A stretch of 57,848 nucleotides of DNA, counting the filler, from Catajapyx aquilonaris (lineage: Eukaryota): assembly GCA_000934665.2 (NCBI GenBank). It is 3 parts of 3 records of this genome, joined end to end, with 100 filler letters (N's around TTAATTAATTAA, not from the genome) between each part and the next. Parts side by side here need not be neighbours in the genome. Positions count along the whole stretch, not along the records: positions 39,866 to 57,848 come from KZ539598.1; 2 more parts are not named here. One strand, written 5' to 3'. Shown one piece after another: positions 48,015 to 57,848 of the stretch. The position numbers and the translations under genes are program-made. Each line of letters opens with the position of its first letter. The first letter of the stretch is position 1. The notes below the pieces were generated by a model, which searched no databases, was not told the origin of the DNA, and saw only the letters and a list, made by a program, of their open reading frames with translations.

Positions 48015-48306
48015 GTGCACAAGAATATCTACTAGGTGTACAAGAATAATTATCTACTATAGGTGACAAGAATAATTATCTACTATAGGTGACAAGAATA
48101 ATATCTACTAGGTGTACAAGAATATCTACTAGGTGTACAAGAATAATTATCTACTATAGGTGTACAAGAATAATTATCAGCCTACTATAGGTGACAAGAG
48201 TATCTACTAGGGGTGTAGACCACAAGAATATCTCAGGAATATCTACTATAGGGCTGATGCACAAGAATATCTACTAGGATTAGGTGCACAAGAATATCTA
48301 CTAGGA
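48015..48306. repeat. Variable minisatellite, about 21-27-bp units
   Basis: About 11-12 units of CAAGAATA(ATTA)TCTACTA(TA)GGTG(T)A. Confidence 0.9.
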
Positions 48307-51300
48307 GCATAAATGTAATTTTTAGGTCAATGAAATATTTTATAGCTGCATCTACTAGTGCATAAAAGTTCTAAGAGGTAAATAAAGTCGTGAAATGTGC
48401 CTAAGTACACACATAATGTGTTTTGAATTTCCGGGGATGAAAAATGTCCTAATTACGTTTTAGGCTTGTCCTAAATCGATTGCCACCACTCTTGTCCTCC
48501 TTTTCTCCCGGACCTGCCAGAAACATCTGCAAAAGAGGAGGAAAACTTCTGCCCATTGTTGCCATTCAACCAGTGCACACACACTGTTCCTCCCAATATT
48601 TGGCAATGAATGGACAGTTAAGAGACCCCGTGGTCATCATCAGTGCTGATCACCCCAGAAGGCAATCAGCAAAACCACCGGCTCCACTTGATCCCTGGTT
48701 CCCTCGAAGGATCCGAGCAAATCTGGCAATGGCGCCCAAGTCCCCGGAAGAACAATGGCTGTCAGGAGCAGCAGTGTCTGGTGGGGAATGGTGCCGGAAA
48801 CCCCGGATAAACCCGGAACGGCGTTAAGAGGGAAAAAGGGGGGAGAGAGCCTTGTTTCGGGGGAGGGCACAACAGGAGAGGATATTGGACCTCTTTTCAG
48901 CTCCTCCATAATAGAAGCCCATGGTGACAGCCCGCATTTTTATTTCCGGACCCCCACCTAATTTGCCGCCCAGACGGTGCTGTGTTTGTTAAGCCAGTAC
49001 ACACACCGTCTGATTTTTGTGTGCGCTCCACTGATGTTAATCCGGAACATTTGGGGAGGTCAGCATTATTTCCGCCATCCTTTGCCGTCAATGCATAAGA
49101 AATCACATTCTACGTCAGAGTGGGCCGGGTTGAGGGTGACATGCAGAGGGCTAGTGACATTCCGGTGACAATATGATTGCAGGGCGCTGAGACAGTTGGC
49201 AGGAAGTGGCGAGCTGCTCTCCACAACCCCGGATAGTCTGTCTACGAACCACCTGAATTATTCGGCATGCCTGCGTCCATTTTACATGATGTTCTATTGC
49301 CGTGACCTTTCCCGTTCCGCCCGCCCCCAAATTCATGTGGATTATCCCCCCTAACACTAGGATATGCACTGTTTTTCCACCGGTTCATGAATCTGGAACT
49401 ACCGGTGTCATACCCTGACAGAACGGTTCTCGGGGATAAAATCATTCAGACGTACTAGGAACACTAGGAAAATATACATACTGTACAGAGTATATGGAAG
49501 CAACCCTGAATGTGAGGCGGCAGCAGGGGAGTGTATATAAGGGAAAAAAAGAAGGTCGAAGAAACACGCGAACCGACAGCCCTCTTAAAGTTTCATGGGT
49601 GGAGTGACAGTCCATTTCTGCATATGCAGAGCGTCTCCTGAATATTTCCTAGCGGCTAATGGAAGCGAGCCAGGCGAAGAGGCCACAGCCATCCCTCACT
49701 TGTCAACTGCCCCTAGGAATCGGTTCTTCCGAAGTACAGGGGGACTCAAGTGTAGAAATGCTTCATTTGACAATATTCTCCAGGCACTTTTGGCACCGGT
49801 GAGTCAAACCTGCAATTGGCCCTCTCTTTTTCGAATTCCAGACCATCGGGCTTAGGAATCAATGGCCGTGGCAACGCCCGGTGCTTGGTTCCGCCAGAGC
49901 CGAAAATTTCTTCCATTGAAGACTTTTCTCCGCCCACCCAACCATCCCTGTAATAACAGGCTATAGCACCGTATAGCACCCAATGCCCGCAGCGCTCTTT
50001 CCCATTCGCCCTGATTCTCCACCTGATTACAGCCTACTCTTATTACTATTCGAGCCTAACCTGCAATTAATCGTTCCCCTAACCCCCTCCAGCATCATGG
50101 TTGTCTATCTCCCAGTGGACTTGCCTATTGGAGGAGGGGTCTTCAGCCAAGCCGGTTTTTTTGCTTCCTTTACTGGTTGTATCGAACGGAGCGAAATGGC
50201 CTCGTCGTCCAATCAAAGTCAGCTTACCTGTCAATAATGATGGGATCAAACGCATGCAAATCATGCCCCGGAGATAAGCATGTAAAATTTAATCTTGCGT
50301 GACGCCATCCGGTCACACCGGGCTGGGAACAAAATGGCCGGTTTTGTTCGCGGCCAAACTTAATGGGGAGAGAGCGTTAAAATCTCATTACTAAGTAAGG
50401 ATGTCTAATAAGTATGTTGAAAAACATTATTCTACTGGGAGCATCAACATCAACAGAAATCTAAAAGTACATAGTTCTAATAAGAGTCTGTTGGGTGGCA
50501 AAATTAACACGTTTGGTTATATAGTCAGCGTAGTCAGTTTTCTCTAAATGACCCTTATACGCCACATTTATATTGAGATTTCACGACCCAAATGCACCAC
50601 GTGTGAAGAGACTATTTGAAACTCATCATGAGAAGAAAACCTAGAGGCAGGTGAACATTCCTTCATTTTCATTCTCATTGGAAGTCAGCTCTAGGGCAGG
50701 ATGATGGCAGGAAAAATGTAATCAACACACTATAATGGAGTGGAAAAAAACGGAAGAAATTATACGGAGAGGTGCCCTTGTCACTTCAGGTTGAAAGGTT
50801 GGAAACTAGTGCAATGCCCCTCCCACAATTTAACCTTATTATCTGCACGTTTTGTGAATCCGTTGCTATCGAGTTGGAGGATCCTAAGCATGCCATCGCA
50901 TCTGGTCTCTCCAAATCAGAAGACATTACACAGTACCAGATCGAGAGGCATTACAACAATGGTTGTTTTGCGAGACATGTTACGTCTGCATAATAGTGTC
51001 GTCTTACAAGTGACAGCCTGAGTATAATAGGGCGGGCAATTAGGACTGGGCTTGCTGCCAGCTTCATGCGACTCGATTCATCTCCAGCAACAAGGCTTTT
51101 GCTGACAACCTGCAATATCATTTGCATTGATCCAGCCTTGCTCGACTCGACTGGTTGTTGCTGTTGTCATCTCCCCAAACATGTCAACTACCAACCGATT
51201 TTTTACGCCCATTCTGTGAGAGAAAAGTCGAGGAGCTGGCTATACCCAACAACCCTCTCTATTCACCCAATTTTGCCCCCCTTTTTTATTCTGGTGGTAA

Positions 51301-54300
51301 TCAGAGGATAATGAAGCGTTGGGATGGATTCATGGTGGGCCAGTTGGAGCATGGCCGAGATTCCAGGGCTCAAGTGGAGGGGCCATTCGTCACCATTAGT
51401 CGCACGCGTGCCAAGAGGAATGCCCTGTGACACCACCGCACTATCCCTTTCGCCAGACACTTTTTAACAGGACCACGACATTGCTTCCTTCTGCTATCCA
51501 TCATCTTTCGCATACCCCGTCCTCGGTTTTTTTTGTATGCCCACTAAATACTAGCAAAGGGATGCGCACATCCATGAGGTGCTGGGTCAAATATGGCGTC
51601 CTGCCTAACGGTCGGTGCGACCGTTACACACGACGCGACGCCTGGCGGCTGTAACTTTGTAGGTGTCCATACGAAGGAGGCATCAGATGGTACCGACGGC
51701 AACATCGGCGGCGTGTCAGGTGGTCGCTTAGCATCCGGTCTCTCCGGAGGCCTAATTTGATTCATAGCATCTTGAATACAAGCGTGGGGGATATTAGCAA
51801 AGCATGGGGATTGGGCCGCTAATTCGGCTGCATTAGGGAATCCCGGCGTGCGCCTGTCAGAAACAATAATTCTGCAGGCGCTTGATGGATGTAGGTTGCT
51901 GCTGGCTGGCTGGTTGGAGAGGGGGAAAGGATGCTGGGCCTATATACACTCTAGGCTTACAAGAGAGGGGCAGGAAGAGGGAATTAGGCTATATGCAGTA
52001 GGCGCTTTGGGTGTAGTCGGATGCCGCGTGCCATTTGAGCCAGAAATGCCTGCTGCCACCCAGGCTTCCTAAGACAAATCGCTCCCTGCCTAATGCATCC
52101 CAGACAGCTTCCCCCTCCCCAAGAAGAAGCTTTCCTCGACATTGACCTGTCGATGGGCGGAGAGTGAACTTGAAAATGCGACAGTGTGGTATATAAAATG
52201 CTAGGACGTAATATCCGGTGTCCTTGTCTCCAGCGACGGTGGCAGAAGCATCCTCCGGGGTCATCAGGGCCCTTTTTGCTTCCCCATCCTGCCATTTGTA
52301 CCCACTGAGCCTGTGTAGAAACGCCGGCGAGCACTTAGAGCAGACCTATAGAAGGCAGCAAGTGGCAGCGGGCCTCGTAACTCACAAACTTTTCTATGGG
52401 GCCTGCTGCTGCTGGAAGAGAGAAACGAGGGTGGTGGAGAAGGAGAAGCAAGCAAAAAAAAAAATATATAGGAAACTTGGGTCGGAGAAAGTAAGCAGCA
52501 AACAGCCATTCAAAACTTTGGGGAGCCTTCGTTCCTCTTTTTCCTTCTACAAGTAACCATCTTAGTTGTGTCTCGCCATTTCCATCTAGTTTAAAAGTTT
52601 ATGATGAATGCCCCTCTTTCCCCCGCCTATTGCATGTCCAACACAATGCTCTCCGCCTCGCTCTGTATACGCAGTACACAAGATGCCAAATGGAAACCTA
52701 CCCTATTTACCCTTCCTCACGTGATGGCATGAATTGAATCGGAGAAGCCTCAGTTTCTCGCCTCACTATAAGTTAGCCTCAACCATGGCTGCCATATAAC
52801 TAACTAGCCTCGCTACTTGCTGGTCAAGCACACACTGACGGTGTAAGTCAGTTGTGGGAATTTTCATGTTCCTCCCCTAAGCAAACCCTTCCTCCCTGGA
52901 GTCATTAGAGCTCACACCCCCCCTCTCTCTTGCCTTTGTTACCCTCAGATTACAATGTAGCAGGCTGGAAAATTACTTCTCCGGATACACTCTCCCTCCC
53001 CCTTCATTTAGCTCCCGAATTTCCTCCCTTTCCGAGCAAGCATCCGGGGGAAAAGCAAGCCCAGGCGCCGGACCAAACCAACAGCTAATAATAATATTGT
53101 TGCCGCCGAGACAATGTAGTAAATTCGGAAAGTTGCAAGATGTTTGTAATGAACCCACCCTGCTGGCCTGGGCCCCTGTTAATTGACTAATATTAATGAG
53201 TCGGGTGATTATTGCACACTCTCGGATGGAAGCGGAGGAAATGAGCATAATAAGCGTAGCCCGGATTTCATCCCAAAGTTGGCAAAATGTTGGTCATCAT
53301 GGCTGTGGTTTCTGCAATGGAGGGTCCCCCGTGCTTGATCGCAATTAGCTCCGGCTGTTGCCAAATGTGTGATTAGTCTTGTTTGGCAAAAAAGGCACAT
53401 CCTGCACCCGAGCTGACTAATCAGGGTCTGATTGTTGGCCTGAAGAGTCAAAAGGGGCACGACATACACGCGAACCAAGTCGTCTTTTTGGTTGGATCCT
53501 CATTAGGACTAACATGCAAAGAAAACAAGAGAAGGACCTTGACTTGATGATGGGGACCTCTGTCTTCGGGACTTCCTGAGACGCGATGCGGAACCGCTCA
53601 TTTGCGCAAAACTGCCTCCTTCCCCACTTGATGAGCCACTTCCTCTTGTTTACGGCCCTCGACTTATGGGCCAGATGAAATTCGACCGTTTCGGTTCAAT
53701 TATATTGTCAGCAGGCAAGGATTCGGTGTCAACTAAAGATGATGACGCACTGTCGTTTACCTTCACCAAAAGGCCTGGTTGTAAAATGAATTCTCCAACT
53801 GGAAAAAAAATTTGAAAAAAGAAAAGCATTGTTGTGAATTGTTGACAAAATTGTTCAATAGCCAATTATTGAGGTGCATATAGAAATTTGTTTTGCACTT
53901 TTAAGTAAATAAAACCGAATTGAGAATGGTCCTATAGATTTGCACTCCAGCAGTTTGCATTGGTTTTAGTGGACTGCTGGGTTGGTGTGATTCTGTCGCT
54001 GAAGTTTTTGGGGGAGGTTAATTAGAGAGTTTCAGCTTCAAGTTTGACGCATTGTCTACTTCTGAAGACAGGGTCAATCATGGGAAGGCATTAGTGTCTT
54101 CCCAAGCACCAATTACTTATAATATGGCCTGTCATTACGACCCAGAGTTGCCAGGGCCAGTTTTTAACTGACATTGATACAGTCAGGAGGATTGGAGGGG
54201 GCACAAGTGTGGCGTGTGATTAATGCCGGATTATTCTTCCTTTTTCTCTTTCAAGGGTTACATGAAAGGGTGGCAGAAATGGAAGAGTTTCGCGCCATCT

Positions 54301-57300
54301 CTGGATATGCATGCTTACTAAGGACTTATCAAAATAGTGGGAGTTACATCGCTTTTGATTAGGTTCATATGCGGTTGTTGGTATATATGTTGTCCTATTT
54401 TTGATGTGAACAAGGCATGCAAGGTGCATGTCGTGCTTCTGATAATTAACAACTATACAGTCGGTTTTATGTGGTACTGAGGTCTGCACTGGTGCTGACT
54501 CATGCAGGTGGTAGTGTTTCTGCTCAGAGTAATTTCATACATCGATTACACATCAGAGCTACCAAACTTACGAATGTCGGGTACTTATTAATAGTCTAAA
54601 GCTTTTAAAATACATGTGTGGAACATTTGCGTCATAAAAATGAGCCTCAGTTACGTACATAATGAAGTTAGCTTACATCGTATATGTGGAAGGAGCACAT
54701 ACCATTATTTATTGTGCTTGTACAGCTGAAAAGCGTATTAAGATCTTTAATCCTTGAAACTCTTGCCAAAGATCCTTTATTGCTGTGCTGTCAAGATAGA
54801 TCAGAATTAATTTCAACGGGATATAGCAGTATAAGATAGTTGATAGTGATGAGATATTGCAAATCTAATTTTTGTAAAGAAAAACATGACTCAGAGTATG
54901 ATCTGAACAGGCAAGATCATATGTTAGCTTATGAAACAAAAACACTGCACGGCTTCTTTCGTCGCACAAAATGTTGTCACAACCATTAATGAAATTCCCC
55001 ACGTTAATTATTTTGTCACTAATTGCAAGATGCCACTAATGGCTTTATGTTTTAACTGGTGCTCATTTAAACGCGGCAATTTATGTAGTACGATTCCTAT
55101 TCTGATACGTCGAAACGCTGGTAAACAGGCATTTGTACACCCGACTCCAAGCTTAATTATTCCCCAGCATGCAATATATTTCCTCTGCAGATTTTGCGCA
55201 ACCCTTCCTGAACTTTGAAAAATGAGAACCACTCATCACAAGTCATGATTAGTGTAACCGCGGCCTTCCTTATACAGCCAACCAAGACAAACATCTCGAG
55301 GACATCCTGAAAAGCCCCTTAGTAGCAATGAGCATTACATAAGAAATGAAATGTTCGTAACAAACAGATGCATGATACTCATGAATGTTTCATAAACACT
55401 GTATTGTTTTTTTGGTAATAACTAAGTATAGCCTACTTATAAAAAATACTGTTTCATATACATACCGTATTAGTACAGGTCATAGTGTACAATGCTGACT
55501 GCTGAGTACTGTATGCTAATATCCTTGCTGGAACATACCGGTTAGTGAGGAAACAGGTGTTTTAGCGCGTTACTCCCCATTTACATTATACATTTGCAAA
55601 TTAATTACAGACTGTATATTGCTTGAAGGGGACAAGGCTTCCATGGTGTATGACTTCGAATTGAAAACGTCCGCCATTGACCATAACTCAATGGAGAAGA
55701 ATACTCGATCCTAATCAGCAGAGCTCAATTAAAGTCAAGGGTGTAAAAACGTCCTAATTGCAGTAGAGTGGGCATCACCACCTCCAAATAAAGCAGCTGG
55801 CCTGAAAAAAAACAACAAAGGTTCCTTTTGACCATTACTTTGCCAGCCCCGGGTCGAAACCAGAGAGAACAGATGCGGAGGCTATCCCCACCAGGAAATG
55901 GAGGTCAAGAAGGTGAGATGGAATTGTGAGGCCTTGAGCTGCAGGAAACCACCAACAGAGAGGCGCTAATTCCACCTCCAGGCAATTTGCAAAAAACAAA
56001 AAAAAAATTTAAAAAACCTTTCTCTAATGGAATCCAAATCGTCCCAACTCATTACAAAGAAATTGCAACATAAATCATCCCCCCCACACGATGGCAGCGA
56101 TAAGAATGTACTCGGTTTACACAACAATTACTAGGCTCCCGAATACCGCCGGGACACAGCAATGGACGGTTTAGCGAGTGATTCAGTTCGGCCATCGTTG
56201 GATAGAAATTAATTAAAAGCTTGGTGCACACAGCACATGCAGTAATGGTTTGCATGTGTGTATGTGTTGCCATGTCCACCGAAATGGAGTGCGGCACTTG
56301 GGCGCTTTCATTGCGATTTGCAATGGGAGGGCGTACAGACCGCGCTCTAACGGGCATCATTTTTGCATTAAAAATAAGCCCGCGGTTACCAAATGCAGAT
56401 CCATGCAAATTCCTGTCTTTTGGAGCTGATTAGCGCATGGGAACATCCCGGGGACCCCGCTGCAGCAAACCAATTCCAATGATTCAGGGCTCTATTTTGC
56501 ATCACAACAAGCGGGCTGCGAAAAAGCCAATCTGCATAATATTTAATATCCAAAAAAGTGCGTGATTGCCCATTGCGGGGAAGCGCTACCCGTTTTGTGC
56601 ACTTGTTTCTATCTGCGAGCAGAAATTTACGACGATGGACCGGACAACTCCGGGTGTTGTATATGCCTACTGCAAAACGTTGGCCGTGTGTTACATCCCC
56701 CAGTTGTGTGCTGTTGGCGAATTCATGAATAACTGTTTAGCTGTTTAGCTCATCGACATATTTAGCAAAAATGGCAACTGGTGTACAAAATATTTATACC
56801 GTATCCACTATTCAAATCAGGCTGAAATGAAGGCATAGAACGGCCATGCCTTAATTTGCCAGCAAGACAATGCCCATGTCGGACATTTCAAACAATATAA
56901 CAGGAGCGGCACACGATTGGGGGTATAAACCAGAAGGGGGGGGGGGGATATAGAAAAAAAAACTGGCCTCCACCTGGGTCTTAATCTATTTATCACGTGC
57001 AGGCCTATATAATATTTCAGAATTGATTACCGCCTGTCGTTTCTCTTCAGTCCTAGAACTCCGGGTGATCTACTAAATGTGTGTGCTAAGTGAACCCCTT
57101 CCAGCACGATTTCGATTTTCCTGGTCCCCACCTGCCTTACCCTAAGTACACAAAAAGGGGTTGTACCATTGATTTTTTTTATACACTAATATTTTACAGT
57201 TGATCAGAAATAATTACTCTAGCAAACAAGCGCAACCTGCATTACGCGCCTCCCAAATTGAAACTACCAGACGTCATCGAGCAAACTTTGGGCGGTTGTA

Positions 57301-57848
57301 ATGGGCAAAGTTGTAGCCAAATCTAGTGCAGTTAATAGTTCCGATTCGACCAAATTGCTGACCAATTTTAAGTTATTATTTTCACAAAAAAAACTTAGTC
57401 GACTTCTGAATTATACCTAGCTTATGCAGCTATGCCTATACACATGGGGTAGATAAAAGAGGACGAGTAGCGGACCAGTAAATCTCTAGTCTTATCGCCC
57501 TCCCAACCCAGCCATACTTTTATAGACTCGAGTGCGCAATAGGCTCCGGAATTTGGTCCAGCAACCAGCCTTAAATTAACCCTTTCCTTTGTCCACCTTT
57601 AACCCAATATCTAATTATTAAGCGAAACATTACACCGCAATTAACTTTCCCCCCGATAATGGCTATGAACTGCTAGAAAAGCTACAGCATCTGAGTTAGA
57701 AACATGAATGACGGCGTTGACGGCGCACTGCCAGCACTGCAAAGAGCTGTGAGTAGTATCCCAAGGCTTATTACGGAGCCTCATGGAAAAATTCCGCAGT
57801 GTCGCCACCGTCTATGCGAGTTTAACATGGGAAAGCGCCACTGCGGCG

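Noticed and set aside
48015..48306. TCTACTA-containing repeats resembling Cas12a direct repeats
   Set aside because: No spacers, and unit lengths vary by slippage; an ordinary minisatellite.

Overview
Eukaryotic, intron-containing, arthropod-like genomic DNA; most short six-frame ORFs are exon pieces or noise. The window is not one locus. Two identical 100-nt spacers (44 N + TTAATTAATTAA + 44 N, at 17963-18062 and 39766-39865) join three probably unrelated contigs. Contig 1 (1-17962) is gene-dense. It holds two recently duplicated SEC14/CRAL-TRIO+GOLD genes with a frameshifted Ly6-like GPI-anchor fragment between them, a head-to-head pair of secreted M14A carboxypeptidases (Arg vs Ser at the S1' specificity position 255), LETMD1 and ZC3H3 on a bidirectional promoter, and the probable first exon of a further gene. 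Contig 2 (18063-39765) holds two in-phase exons of a large nuclear protein (possibly KMT2C/D-like) surrounded by Tc1/mariner, piggyBac, Harbinger-like and other MITEs and tRNA-derived SINEs. Contig 3 (39866-57848) has no convincing gene: a tRNA-Ala pseudogene, an hAT element, palindromes, a minisatellite and a long TE-poor noncoding tract. I see no wholly new biological system that the sequence proves. The best leads are the predicted acid-specific (Arg255) carboxypeptidase, the frameshifted Ly6 remnant, a fused double MITE, and inverted repeats bracketing the two exons of contig 2 (circRNA hypothesis). All calls come from manual reading without database searches.
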